A DNA stretch of 64,000 bases from Sphaerodactylus townsendi (lineage: Eukaryota). Location of the stretch: the NCBI RefSeq assembly GCF_021028975.2, contig NC_059433.1, positions 32,674,001 through 32,738,000 on the forward strand, given 5' to 3'. The notes beneath the pieces were generated by a model. That model ran no database searches and had not been told where the DNA came from. It worked only from the letters and a program-made list of their open reading frames with translations. Made by a program: the position numbers and the translations under genes. This document shows positions 1-13,450 of this stretch, in pieces (position 1 is the stretch's first letter; each line of letters starts with the position of its first letter).

Positions 1-1451
1 CCTGTAAATATATTTATTGCTTTAAGAGCAGCAAATGCTCTTGTTATGAAGAGTAGATTAATCTTGATATTATCTATAATCCAGAAAAAATAAATACAAA
101 CCACACTGCAATTACTGAGTACTTGATTCTGGAATGCATACGCTAATGATAGCGGAAATTTTATTCTTCTTAGATCTGAAATTCATTATCCAAAATTACT
201 AAATTTTAGGATTTTTGCATACCTATTTGGGTTGATATAGCTGTTTTTTTTTCCTATTCCCACATTATACTAAGTAGGATTTTTAATCTCTGCATCATTC
301 TTTTTCTGTGATTCAGTCCAGGTTTAATGAGCTTGTTACTCTGTTTTGAAGATTAAAGAATAAATAACACTATTGGTTCTTTTATGTTACGATTGCATAT
401 ATTTCTTTAAAATACAAATTAGCATACCCTATCGTGTCTGAATTTGTTGATTATTCACAGGTTTGTGAAGAATACTGAATGAATAAATACATAAATATAG
501 CCATTAATTATTGTAAACTGGTACGAACTATGCTTTCTGAACAAATGAACAGTGTGAATGGAAATAATACTTAAACACTAGGGGGGAAAGGCACTTGGAA
601 TGGATGGTGGGCAGAGATGGGGGAAAGGACAGAATGAACATTTAGGGTATAAGAATTACTGCCAACTCTCCACGAGGGATTAACTTGATACTTAAACCAG
701 GAGGCCTGTACACGAGTGGAAAATGTTTCTGTTTTCAAGGAGGAGCTGCCAGTTTTCCTTTCAACTCCAGCCAACAGCATTGAGTCCTGTTCTAGAGGGT
801 AACTTGACTTCCTGGAGCAGTTTTCCAAAGGCACAAGGGGCAATAATGGGAAGCAGGCCAGGAAACCGCCTTTGCATGCACAGCACTTTGGACCCCAGCC
901 TTTAAAAGCTTCCCAAAAGGATGTTTTAAAAGCTCTTTTCATATTGCGTGTTGAAATGATTAATAAATATTTGCCTCAGAAATACTCTGACACGTGCCAG
1001 TGTTGGGAAATGCTGCAACATTTTCAGCAATGTCTTAATTTAATTTTTTTTATTACAGTTGGTTACCTATGGTAAAGCATTAATGAAAGGTTTGCAGAAG
1101 TAATATTTGAAGTTTTATTTTGCTTTGTTTCACCCATAGCCAAAAGTAGACCTCTCTATAAAAAAGATATTAAGACTGGCACATCATGTTTTTTCTTGTA
1201 GATCAGTATATTGTCTAGTATGCATACTAGCTTGCTGTCTAAGCCATGTTTTACCAGCTAGATTTTTGCTGGAATAATTTTACATTTTAAAAATATAAGT
1301 TAATTTTTTTTAAAAAAAAAAAGGAAAGCAGTTGTTTACCATAACCACCAAGCTGTGCAAATGCAGGTAATTTCAGTTTCTCAGGGGAAAGTTTACAGCA
1401 GCATTTGGAAGTGTCTGTTCGTTCGTTGGGTTTCTTTTCAGTCTGAGCTAG

Positions 1452-1743
1452 NNNNNNNNNNNNNNNNNNNNNNNNNNNNNNNNNNNNNNNNNNNNNNNNN
1501 NNNNNNNNNNNNNNNNNNNNNNNNNNNNNNNNNNNNNNNNNNNNNNNNNNNNNNNNNNNNNNNNNNNNNNNNNNNNNNNNNNNNNNNNNNNNNNNNNNNN
1601 NNNNNNNNNNNNNNNNNNNNNNNNNNNNNNNNNNNNNNNNNNNNNNNNNNNNNNNNNNNNNNNNNNNNNNNNNNNNNNNNNNNNNNNNNNNNNNNNNNNN
1701 NNNNNNNNNNNNNNNNNNNNNNNNNNNNNNNNNNNNNNNNNNN
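1452..1743. other. Assembly gap (292 N)
   Basis: Run of N from 1452 to 1743. Confidence 0.99.
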
Positions 1744-1772
1744 ATGTGAGGCTCTTTGTGTCCTCATTATAG

Positions 1773-1819
1773 CAAAGGGTTACTGGTGCAACATACAAGA
1801 AAACGTAGTCCATGTGATG
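1773..1819 (+). CDS. Candidate 47-nt internal coding exon of an unidentified gene (xKGLLVQHTRKRSPCD-)
   Basis: Pyrimidine-rich acceptor ctctttgtgtcctcattatAG before 1773 and donor G|gttagt at 1820. The exit phase (1) joins in frame to both downstream candidate terminal exons. Protein not recognised. Confidence 0.5.
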
Positions 1820-2110
1820 GTTAGTTATTAATCTGTCCATTTCAGATCTAACAGCTGTAGAAGAACTGGCAGTGTTTGCACATATGCGCACAGAGGCACA
1901 CACACACACACCAAAAAAAACCCTGCAGGTTTTATTAACGTAAATGTGTTTGGGAAATGACTGGCAATGGCAAAACGTTGCAATAAAATAATCTAATCAA
2001 AGAATATTATTAAATTTAACATAGTATGCATCTGAAAGGTTTACTTGGTTCTTACAGTCAGATATATGTGTGAAATATAAGCAGTAAAGCACTTTTCTCC
2101 TTTTGTAAAG

Positions 2111-2202
2111 GCTTGAGTAGCAAGGACATTACCAACCAAATTGCTTCTTCTAAACTGCAGGTAGAGTCGGGAATTTCTTCGGCGGCTACCAATGGGAGTT
2201 AG
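2111..2202 (+). CDS. Candidate alternative terminal coding exon A (GLSSKDITNQIASSKLQVESGISSAATNGS*)
   Basis: Strong acceptor cttttctccttttgtaaAG at 2110. Open in phase 1 to TAG at 2200-2202. CpGs are retained locally against a CpG-poor background. Confidence 0.5.
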
Positions 2203-2533
2203 CATAAAGACCGAAAGGAACATTTTAACTGATGGATCCCTTAAGCTAGAGAAGAGAAATTTATTGTGTTTTGAAAGGATATGATAAATCCTGGATGTGA
2301 GTGTATGTTTGAGGTGGTATGGAAACCCTGAGCAAAAGAAAAATAAGCAGACCATTAAAAAACAAAAGCCCCTCCTTTGTAGATAGTTTTTACACTATTT
2401 TTATCTACCCTAAGAAAACACACATTTAGGGTACAACTGACGCTCGCTTCAGATTTCCAGCTCAGCCATCGAACAATTCCGCTATCCCTTCATGGAGGAT
2501 TTTAGCAACTAATGTTTTTGCCATTGTTTTAAG

Positions 2534-2688
2534 CACAAACTCCATCAAACAGAACGAAAATTAAATATGATGTTCTCAGTACTAACGCTACAGCGCATAC
2601 TACTAATGGTCGCTCCATAATTCAACAGGTAACTCGGTCATCCGAGCGGACTGAGACCATATCTTTCTACTGGTCGAAGGACAGCTGA
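2534..2688 (+). CDS. Candidate alternative terminal coding exon B (AQTPSNRTKIKYDVLSTNATAHTTNGRSIIQQVTRSSERTETISFYWSKDS*)
   Basis: Acceptor tttttgccattgttttaAG at 2533 with a ctaat branch-like motif upstream. Open in phase 1 for 50 codons to TGA at 2686-2688. CpG-rich. AATAAA at 2818-2823. Confidence 0.5.
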
Positions 2689-3684
2689 ACTTCATAGAGT
2701 CACCTTCCTTCCATGTTCTACTTAAGGTCACTGGCAGGGCAACATGGAAGGCAGTTTCCATGTTAGTTAGAACTAACATAATGTTAAATGTGCACCAAAC
2801 CATATTTTCAGTATTGAAATAAAACTTTCCAATGGAAGGAAGTTATTTTCCCATTTCCCATTTATATATTCCGTCCATATGTGGCCTGTACAGAATTAAC
2901 GACATTGGTAATTATATTAGAACTTTTGGAGTTTCATCAACATGCACACGTAAAAATGAATATACAATATATAAGGTTTGACAATGTATTATTGTTAAAA
3001 TCTGCATTCTGTCGTCTAACAAAAAGTTCTAACAAAACCAGGCTAAAATATATTTAAGTGGCTACTACTGTAACCACAATTTATTTTTATGTAGTGCAAG
3101 TCACTGATCCTTATGAAATCCAAAGGTTTGTCAAAAATTTTAGCTAATAAGTATGCAATGTCTTTTATGTAACATTGAACTTCTTTTCACATTCAGAAAT
3201 ATAAAATTCTGGAAACTTGACAAATTATATCATTTAAGGCAGATGCCTACCTTGGAGACTTGAATTGGTTTTTTGGCTTCCTGTTTCTGGCTTTTATATC
3301 AGTAACATTTGTAATTGCCACAGGATCTGTACCTGTGTAGTGTTTAACCCCTTCGCACAGTAACCCCTTTGCATTAATTCATTGGATGTGTGGTTTGTAT
3401 CAGAACACAATTCCCCACTCCCACAAGCTGGCATCCCCCCCCCCCCTATTTTATCCCTTTCTTTGTCTGGAAAGGTTTTAATTTTGTTTTCATTTAAAAC
3501 ATTTATACTCCAGATTTCTACCAGAAGCATCCAAGGAGGCTAAAAATAGTTCAGAATATAAGAATCAAATGACTGCTATGAGAGGGGAGATGAGTTGGTC
3601 TGCAGTAGAAACAAAACAATAATCTAAAAGATGTACAGGGCAATCCTAAACAGTTACACCCTTTTAAGCAATTAAATAGTCTAA

Positions 3685-3825
3685 GGCTCTTTCCGCACAT
3701 GCAGAATAATGCACTTTCAAACTGCTTTCAGAACTCTTTGAAGCTGTGCGGAATAGCAAAATCCACTTGCAAACAGTTGTGAAAGTAGTTTGAAAACGCA
3801 TTATTTTGCATGTGCGGAAGGGGCC
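3685..3825 (+). mobile_element. ~140-bp palindromic PIF/Harbinger-like MITE, copy 1, nested in an older small palindromic MITE (~3637-3855)
   Basis: Long imperfect TIRs ggctc(a)ttccgcac...gtgcggaaggggcc. Five copies in the window. The host element has ends gcaatcctaa...ttaagattgtac. Confidence 0.85.
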
Positions 3826-4603
3826 TTAGAAAGGTATAAGTCTTAAGATTGTACTAATGCTGCCCCACATGTTTGACAAAATACTAATGCATACATTAGC
3901 ATTTTAGGGTTGAGTAGTATACAGTATACTTCCTAATGCTAAGTTCTTTAATTTAATATAATACACATATTATACACATAATGCACATATTCATTTGAGG
4001 AAGGAGGTTACCATTTTTCAACTTTTATTTACAGCCCAATCCAGAGGCCATGGTGAGTAGGGATGGTTCCACTATTGCACCACTGAACCACCTCCAGAGA
4101 GCTTCCAGGTAGCGCAGCGTGGCAAGGGAAACTAGAAAACTGATTTCCCTACAATGAAACCTGGAAGTGGAGCCTTATCAAGGCACCAACCAACCAGGAT
4201 AATATGCATACCAGGCTACTGAAGCTATTACACACAATAGGACCTAACCCAGGAAAAAGAGATGATGCACTGCAAGAACAAGGAGAAGCAATATGACTAT
4301 GAAGTATAGAAGATTATAAATGCAGATCCATTTAATATAATCACCCCTTAAATGTATTACTGTTATTATTGCTATCATTGTTAAGTTTGCTTATGATTAT
4401 TTTTTATTTTTTACTTTTTTCCCTTTCTTGTAACTTTTTGTTGATAAAATTAAAATTATTTGAAAAAAAGATAAGGCGAAGCAAGATGCCTGTTAACCAA
4501 TTAATCAAGAGCATCGCCCGTATCTTTGTTAGCTGTGGCCAACCTTTGATTTTCCTTGTCTTCTCCATTTTTAAAATATTTTCCCTATTTAAATAGGGAA
4601 ATA

Positions 4604-4913
4604 GGAGCAGCAGTGGCGTAGGAGGTTAAGAGCTCATGTATCTAATCTGGAGGAACCGGGTTTGATGCCCCGCTCTGCCGCCTGAGCTGCGGAGGCTTAT
4701 CTGGGGAATTCAGATTAGCCTGGGCACTCCCACACACGCCAGCTGGGTGACCTTGGGCTCGTCACAGCTCTTCTGAGCTCTCTCAGCCCCACCCACCTCA
4801 CAGGGTGTTTGTTGTGAGGGGGGAAGGGCAAGGAGATTGTCAGCCCCTTTGAGTCTCCCGCAGGAGAGAAAGGGGGGATATAAATCCAAACTCTTCTTCT
4901 TCTTCTTCTTCTT
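4604..4913 (+). mobile_element. Squam3-type tRNA-derived SINE, full length and young-looking
   Basis: Pol III A box (tggcgtaggagg) and B box (ggtttgatgcc), central gctgggtgaccttgggc motif, (CTT)n tail. Several homologues elsewhere in the window. Confidence 0.85.
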
Positions 4914-4956
4914 AAATATTTTCCATACTTATTCAAATATGATCCAATGATCTGAA

Positions 4957-5122
4957 TAGCCCTGGGGAGCCTGATCTCATCAGAGTTTGGAAGTTAAGTA
5001 GGGTTAGCTGTTAGATCACCAAGGAAGACTGGGGAAGGGGAGCACTACCTCTGTTCATCTCTTCCTTTGAAAAACCCATGCTATTCAAGTTGCCATGAGT
5101 AGACTGTGACTTCACAGCGCAC
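4957..5122 (+). mobile_element. Degraded 5S rRNA-headed SINE with RTE/BovB-type tail (5S-Sauria-like)
   Basis: cctgatctcatcagagtttggaagttaagtagggt resembles 5S rRNA CCCGATCTCGTCTGATCTCGGAAGCTAAGCAGGGT. The 3' end gccatgagt..ctgtgactt resembles the BovB tail. Confidence 0.55.
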
Positions 5123-7717
5123 ACGTATTACTGTTAATGATCTAAATCTGTAGAGTCTATATTTGGCCATAAAAGTTAGTTTTGGAGTTTTGTCTCTTGA
5201 TCCATCTATGAAAGGGCAGAGCAGTACACAGGGGTCTGATTTCAGTATCCATGGCTACTACCTACTAATGGAATGCAGAATCTGCATTTCCTCCCCTCCT
5301 CCCATTGTGTCCTGTAGTATAACTTCTAAATCCCAGTAAGAACCACTGATAAAGCAAAGAGACTTAATTTAGGAGTACTAGTAGTGGCTGGAATCTATAA
5401 AGTTAGGGAATAGACTTAGCCCTCATACCAACGATGTCCCCAAGTGTACTCATTTACTTTTCCCTGTCCAAGTAAGTGGCTGCTACTTACTCCTGTTGGA
5501 CAGTTTCACTTGTTTCATAGTTGCTGAGGCAAAACCTGACCCTGCGTAATTCAGCTTTCACAAAAAGAGATCTGCTTGTTTATTGTATTTAGATCTTGCC
5601 ATCCCCATCTAAGCAGGGCTCAAGGCAATTTACATCATAGCAGTGGTAGCACAGTGTGTTTTTGGGCACATGGCAAGGAGCTGCTTTGTGTACACATGCA
5701 CACACAACTCGGGGCTCTCTGCAGCACCAGATTCTCAGTGCATATCAATGCACATTTTGATAATTATTGATAGAAGACATCATTGGCAAGTCTTATTTTC
5801 ATTGCTAAAATTGTTTTATTTGGAAGGAGGTTGGAAATTTATGCTATGACTTGATGGGCCATGAGTTGTAACATGTCCAAATATATTGGCTCCAGTTGTG
5901 TTTAGAAAAGAACCAGCAGCGTCTACTCAGTCATTTACTCCTCAGATTCTCTTCCAGTCCTGTACATAGGAGAGGTAGACATATTGTCTGTCTCTTTTTG
6001 CTTATTGTAAATGGGGAAGCCACAAACTTGGTGGCTTATACGTTTAGTTTGCAAACATATCATATTCAACAGCCATCATCACTCATGGTCTAAGCTTTGG
6101 ATCTCCCTACCACCATCTGACATGAATAGCTATTGAATAGCTTTGCAGCTGCACAGTAGTTGTGGTGGTACAGTGTCATTTCCTTCTGCCTTGTGGCCAC
6201 TTTTACATCTGGACAGTATTTGAAATGGATTCTCCTTTGGGGTTATGGATGGTTGGGTCAAGCAATTAAATTATGGGGGATGAAGTAAGAGTATGTTCAT
6301 CATAAACTATTGAGTCATGTAAGGCTTGAGGAGGAGACTAGGACTCCCATTGCACTTGTGAAAAGTGTATGTGAGAATACTGTTGATTACACTGTACTGT
6401 TTGAATATGTGAAAAATAATCAGATGAACAGGTTCAAGCTGTTCACAAGTAGCCCAACTGCTCGGCAAAAAAATGGTCCCTGATTGTGATTGGTAAATAG
6501 AACATGAACTAAACCTGCTGGTTTTAGAGCATTCCTAATTATTCAGGCAAGTACTATTGGTTGTAGAATATTTTTATTACTATTTCACAATGGGGTAATT
6601 TTGAAGTAATTTTTACTTTCTAATGGCCTTTTTGCACAACTTAAATAAGTATATGAATTTTAAAGATAAATCTTGCCTATGTGTTGCAGATGTGGCAGCT
6701 TTAACATTATGATAGTTTTAAGTCTATTATAGGCAGAGATGTAATTGTACATGTGCTGGATTTAGTATTAAGTCTATTTTCAATTTCACTTTATGCTCCT
6801 CCAGAACTAAACAACAACAGACATAAATGTTTCATAATTATGGCATTCTTCAAAAACTATTGATGAAAAAAAGGTGCAAGAAATTCTTATAACCACAAAC
6901 TGTATACCATATAAGATCACTGCTACACACAAAACTACTAGATCAAAAATTGTATTTCAGTTTGCAAGACCAAACTCAGTAAAATGAATGACAAAACTGC
7001 AATCGTGTAGAAATGTGACAGTGGTAAGGTCAGAAAAACATGAAGACTAAGCTGGGTCACTCTTGACATTTGATGGCGAGTTTTGAAAGTAGGTCAGAGA
7101 AAAACTAAAGAATAAAATTTTATGTGTTCCACGCACAGACGTTTTATGTGATTCCTTTAAAATGTCCCCCTAAGGGATTCATTCACATAGGAAACAGCAC
7201 ACACAGGAAATTTGAATAGTGGCTCGAAGCGGTAACATGCAACCTGCAGTACCGTTCTGAATGATTACAGCATGCCTCAGGTGGGCTGTGAAACACACAA
7301 CTGAAAGCCAACTTAATCCAGTCATCCACAAAGAACTGGAAACCAGAACATCATACTGCCTGTTATGCCTTAGCTGACATCAGGAAAATAAACAGTGGTT
7401 TTTTTTTAAAATGAGAAAAAAAGCCCATACCCACTATCTCTAAAAAAAAATTTATGAGTATATTGTTATGACTCTCCTCAGTAGCTAACCAGAAAATTGA
7501 ACTCATGGCTTTAATTTCTAGAACTTGTTCCAGAAAAATAGAAAGATGATGTTGAAAATTAGTTTGGCTTCTTATAGACTCCAACACTGAAATCCTCATT
7601 TACTTGTTTGTATGTTTGTTTGCAGAATTTATATCCTGCCTTTCCATCCTTAGAAGGACTACCAAAATAGGTAACAATTTAAAACATTTCAAGCAACACC
7701 ATTTTGAATCAGCATAA

Positions 7718-7864
7718 GAGTAGTCTGTTCAGATTGGCAGCTGCTTTCAGGTGGAGGCCTTTCACATCACCTTCTACCTCATCTTTTTACCTGGAGAAGC
7801 TGGCGATTGAACCCTGGGACTTTCTGCATGTTCAGCAGATGCTTCACCACTGAGCTACAGCCCC
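7718..7864 (-). mobile_element. tRNA-derived SINE fragment
   Basis: Minus strand begins ggggctgtagctcagtggtgaagcatctgc...cagggttcaatcgcc, a tRNA-like head with A and B boxes. Confidence 0.7.
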
Positions 7865-9774
7865 ATCTCCATAAGTCTCACAACCAAGAACTACAGCAAG
7901 GCTTGCTTACTGGTGGCTTAGTTAACTGAATACTTAAGTGCTACTGAACGGTTTAAGACAGGAATGGTCTTCCCATCTTTGTTTGTACCAGTGCTTTGCT
8001 TTCACTTCTTTTGCATTCCCCAATGAGAAGCTTTGGCAGAGCATGAGCCTAAGTTTATTTGCTGCCCTTTCATCATTTGGACTTCACTGGGAGTACACAA
8101 TCCAGAGCAGCCTTTGCTCAAGGCAAGCAACATAAAGAAGGAAGAGTGGCATTTCAGTTTTCATTCCAGTGTCATTCAGGTCATTCCCTGAAATTATAGA
8201 CAGTGGCTTCTGCAATGTTAACAGCCAGCTTTAGATTATTAACAGAGCTTTGGATAGTTCATTTGCAATGCCCACATGCACTGGATGCAAATTATAAGGT
8301 ATGCTAAAATAGACGGTCAAGCCTTATGGCCCTCTGGATGCAATAAGTGATATAATTAATCCTTTTTTCACATTTGTACTTTCCCCAGAAGTACTCTAAA
8401 CAACCTTGCCATGTATTTTCTGCTCTTTGCTTTAGTTCATGAAGGAAGAAGAAAGCAATGGTTCCTAAACAGTGACTTGTTAAGCAGCACCTCAAACATT
8501 TTCATTTATTGCATTATTTATGCCTTATGTAATAAAAAAACCCCGAAGTAAATACATCCATTAAAGTTGTTGTAGTTTAATTTGATGAATGACACGTTTT
8601 TCAGCTGCTAAACACCTTTATTTTTCCACAAAGCTATGCAGTTTCAATACATAGAATCCCCCAAATGGGAAAAATACTATCCAGTATCCTACTAGATCGT
8701 CCTCTTGCAATCTCTTTGCCAAAAACTGGATCCCCACCCACCCACCCCAGTTTGATTATACGTTCAGTACTAGTCGTCCTAAATAAGGCGTGGACTCAGC
8801 CAAGGAATAAAATTTCATTAAAGTTTCACAGGGAGCCAAAGTCATCCCACATAAACATTTCTCCCATTTAATATTATTGCCTGTTGGTCTTGAAAATGCT
8901 ATCACAGTGAGACCCAGCAGGGTACTGGAGTTTCAAACAATCAACCTACTGGATACAATTTCATCCACTATGTGAAAAACATCGGCTTCAGTGCTCCTGA
9001 GCTGTATGTAGCACAGAACCAGCCAAAGGTGTCATAAAAGCTATTATTGCCATTCATACAGCTGAACAGACAAACTGCCTTTTATTTTAAAATCAGCATA
9101 CCTGTTCAGTGTACACAATGAAAAATGTACAGAAAATCCCAGCTGCAAGTAATGTTACCATACATACTGGAACTTTTAGGCACGACCTAGCGAAAACAAA
9201 GCATTTTTAATTTCCACTAATCATACAGGCATCAGAAAGTATATGCTAGCAATTTCTGTGGAATAGTTAATGCTTAACAGGTAGTGAAAAAGAAGCATGC
9301 CCTTTGTCCTTTCCCTCATAGAGTGCCAGAATTCATATTGTTAACTTTTGGCCTTTCTCTAGAAGAAATCATAATATGCTGTAAAATTAAATAGAAAAAT
9401 CTTATATTTCATAAACCATGTGGAAAATGTGTGGTTGAATCCAGACTGAATTGGTGATTTCCAACAATTCACCCTTTCCATTGTTGACCGCCTGTCTTTC
9501 CTCAGGGTCCAATACCCTAAAGAAGAAACATTTCATGGAGATCAGTGAGATGGAGTGGGGGAGGCAGGAAAGTTCCATTTTCCTAATGAAGGATTTATTG
9601 TTGTTTCGATTTATTCACCCCCCTTTCCTGGAAGGCGCAGGACAGTTTGCAACAATCAATAAAACAATACACAAAACAATAATAAATTCTTTAAAACCAC
9701 AAATATAAAAATATCCTTTACATCTAAAATATATCAGAAAGAGCTCTATTTAGAACATGAATGCTGAAAGCTCT

Positions 9775-9914
9775 GGCTCATTCTGCACGTGCAGAATAAT
9801 GCACTTTCAAACTGCTTTCAGTGCTCTTTGAAGCTGTGCAGAATAGCAAAATCCACTTGCAAACAGTTGTGAAAGTGGTTTGAAAATGCATTATTTTGCG
9901 TGTGCGGAAGGGGC
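9775..9914 (+). mobile_element. PIF/Harbinger-like MITE, copy 2
   Basis: Same family as 3685-3825, with 3-bp TSD tct/tct. Confidence 0.9.
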
Positions 9915-11471
9915 CTCTGTTTTATAGCTTGATATGAGAACAGAATTATATCTGCAGATACTAGAGCCCTATTACATACCAGAAGGGCAAAACAATAACT
10001 AGGAAAGAGCATCCCTTCTTCCTATTACTGAAAAGTCCAAAAGTCCAAAGAATAGCAATGGAAGTTAAATCTTATTTCCAAAGGCTCAGGTAGCTAAACA
10101 TTCTATTGTGCTAGGGCAAAAGGGTCGTGACTCGGAGGCAGGCAATGGCAAACCACCTTTGAACATCTCTTGCCTTGAAAACTCCAGCAGGGTCAGATGT
10201 GACTTGACAACCAAACAGATCTGTCTTTAACAGAACTCCAGATACACTATTTATTCTTGTTACTGACTTACAGTCAGGTGGATTCCTTCCTTCATTGATA
10301 GCTTTATCATTTTTGTTCAAGCTGCAAAAAGATGACTATGTTCTCTAGCCCTAAACCATCATGTATTCCCACCCTTTCACAATTCTTTCTTTGTTAATAC
10401 ACAAGTCACACTATCTAAATCTTTTAAGATAACAACCACTGGACATACATTACATTAATAAATATTTGTGGGCAACTGGCACATGTATCCCAAGCCATCT
10501 GTAAGTATGCAATTAAAATCTGTGATATAAATATTCAGTTCTAGGAGGGCCCTTGTGCTAAATTCTAGGTATTTGCCAGTAGACAGTTAGAATTAGGACA
10601 TTGATGTGTTGGTGGGAATGAGATGAGTATAAAAGGAGAGAAAGCAGATTGTTTTGTGGTCAAGCCGTGGCAGTGGGCTGACAGGAGATGCCTCTCCCAA
10701 TGTAGCTAAGATGGGAAGGAAGACCCTATTATATGGATGAGTGGGGCCAGCAATGGCATCTTGTCATTCTAACTTCTGCAAGTAAGCAAGCTTAATTGCT
10801 CCTTGTCTTTTCAAGATGACTCTCTACCAACAATCTCATTATCACACACATATGTTTATTGTACATTCCTGGGCCCCTTCATACGGACCTAAATGCAGCT
10901 GAGGGATAGGATCTTATTTTATCCAGCTGCAATGTTTGTTCTCTTTTTACTAGATAGACATGACCTGCCTTTCACTTTTCACTGCCAAAAGGTGGACCAA
11001 AGGCAATGCAATGTATGCAAGGAACAGGAAAAAAAACTAACCAAAGGGGCAGTGAGCTGTCAAAAATAATAGCATAGTGAAGACTGGAATGTAAATATGA
11101 TTTCTGTTTACTGAAATTAATATGTATAGTTGCATGTTAATGTGTTTGTCATAGGATGCATTAATATGTATGTTTCCCCATTATGTAGATCTTTTGTTAT
11201 ATTATTTATTAGAAAGGCAGATAATCACATTGATGGGGAAATAGTGTCACTTAAAAATTAGGTAATGCCCAGTCAACATAATACAATTGCTGCTACAATG
11301 TTCATGATTTAGGTATGACAATATCAATGTAATTGCCACTGGGAATATATTATAATGGCTGTTCATGACAAACAAAATGACAAGGGGAACAAATTCTAAA
11401 TTTGATTTCAGAGTGAGATTATGCTGCTGACTTTTACAAGTGCTTCCTAACAATGACTGATTAAAAATAGT

Positions 11472-11769
11472 AGAAGATTCTGGATTTATACCCTACCTTT
11501 CTCTCCTGAAAAGAGTCTCAAATCAGCTTACAAACTCCTTTGCTTCCCATCCCCACAACAGACACCTTGTGAGATAGATGGGACTGAGAGAGTTCTAAGA
11601 CAACTGTGACTAGCCCAAGGTCACCCAGCAGGCTTCATGTGTAGGAGCAGGAAAACAAATCTAGTTGACCAGATTAGTGTCTACCTCTCATGTAGAGGAG
11701 TGGGGAATCAAACCCAGTTCTCCAGATTAGCGACCACCTGCTCTTGACCACTAAACTACAGTGGCTCTC
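11472..11769 (-). mobile_element. Squam3-type SINE
   Basis: Reverse-complement homologue of 4604-4913. Confidence 0.85.
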
Positions 11770-13189
11770 AGCAAGACCTATAAAAAAGCATAGTGTTCAC
11801 AGTAGGGTAAAACATTTGTTGTAATTACCAGAAATTAAGTTTTGGTTAACTATTAGTAAAGACTCCATAGCTGTAGGAGAAACTCCGGATGCTTACTGGG
11901 TTGTGTAATCTGTTTGGGAGGTCTGGTATGATATAATGCCTTAGCATGTGGTCCAATCAAAGCTGTGGACTGATAAGACAACATATTTAATGTTCTGTAA
12001 TCTTGTGATTCCAAGACTTCCCAGAATATTCTGAATCCCCTCCCATAAAGGACTATATTTTTAATCCTATGGGATAAACATTCTAATAAAAACAAGTGTA
12101 AAACCATAGTTTTTAAAATCCTTTCAATATAAAGTTAAAATAGCTATGGACCACAACTAAATGGTACTGTAAAGATGATAAAGATGATAAAACACACAAT
12201 TAATACATAGCATGTGCTTGGTACATCATTTGGGCATATTTGACAACCTCCTAGGATAGCACAATGAAGGGGCACCCACCAAGCCATAAATTGTGTGGGA
12301 ATCCAGTCTTTGCCACTTTTCACATAGTCAGTGGTATATTCAGGGCTTGGAGGACACATTCTCAATTTCTGCAAAAAAGAATGTATCCTGCCGTTCTCCA
12401 TCTAGGATGGTCAAAAGCCTTGAAATGGGCCAGCCAGTTTGGAAAGGAGTGGGAAGCAAAAACCTCAATGAATCAATTGCACAGATCTCAATTTAGCTGT
12501 GTGTAATGTGCATTTCACAGTGCAACAGTGTGGCTCACAGCAACACTCAAAGCCCAAAATTCTAACAGCAAGTCATTTCAGAGTTTCCCAAGTTCATAAC
12601 GGGATAACAGGACACTAAATTAACAGTTCGAGAACCAATCCCAGGATGGGCTGGAGTTGGGAAAAAGGAATCCAAGATCATAAAATAGTACAGTTCACCC
12701 ATGTTGGAACTTTAATACCCTTATATACAAAGAAGACAGATGCAAGAGCTCTGCGTGATCTTCACTAGCACTGTGGCTTATGTAAGTTGGTGCCTTTGAC
12801 TAAACCTTCAAACGCATCATACAGAGATGTCCTGAAATCTGTGTCAAGAGTAACTACTTAGAATGGGACATACTATGCCAATGCAGTTTCACAAAATGTG
12901 GTATTATGTCAGCGTTAAAACAATTTCACTGCAGATTAAAAGTTTCTTGGTAATTGTAGGTATCCAAGCCGCCAGACTGGCAGGATACTCAATGTGTCGC
13001 TAAGATACTGAAGGCTACTACAGGCAGCTGAAAGAGCTGTCAAAAAATCAGGAGAGGGTGAACGTGATCCTTCAGATGCTGCTACCACAATATAAATGAA
13101 TCTAAGACAGCACAATAATATGCATGTCTTCGCGATCTTCTGTTAAAAACCACAACTTCGAATGAAAAATGGGCAGTTCTTTCTTATTT

Positions 13190-13450
13190 GTTAAATTTTT
13201 TTCAGTCACTGCTCACCCAAAGGTTTCACAGCAACTTACGACATAAAAACAGTATGAGTTAAAAAAACAACATAAAACAGATAAGATAAAGTATTAACAT
13301 TAAAACATTAAATGGTTAAAATACACCATCTCACTAACAGAGCACCCCCAACTATGGATTACAGTCCAAAGGCTAACCTAAACAATTTGGCTTTGCATGC
13401 CCTGCAGAAACTAAACGAGTCTAGCAGGGCATGGACATCATCTTTTATTT
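13190..13450 (-). mobile_element. Degraded L2-like LINE 3' fragment
   Basis: Resembles squamate L2 3' ends, with an A-rich spacer and terminal motif. Recognised by eye only. Confidence 0.35.

Noticed and set aside
1355-1909. ORFs of 109-158 aa spanning the N run
   Set aside because: Artefacts of translating through the assembly gap.
2041-2355. Minus-strand 104-aa ORF with apparent splice sites
   Set aside because: Its phase-0 donor does not join in frame to the candidate minus-strand acceptors I checked near 1850. The + strand model gives consistent phases across three exons.
4604-4690. tRNA-like and 5S-like sequences as functional RNA genes
   Set aside because: All are SINE heads joined to SINE bodies. 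None forms a complete tRNA or 5S gene.
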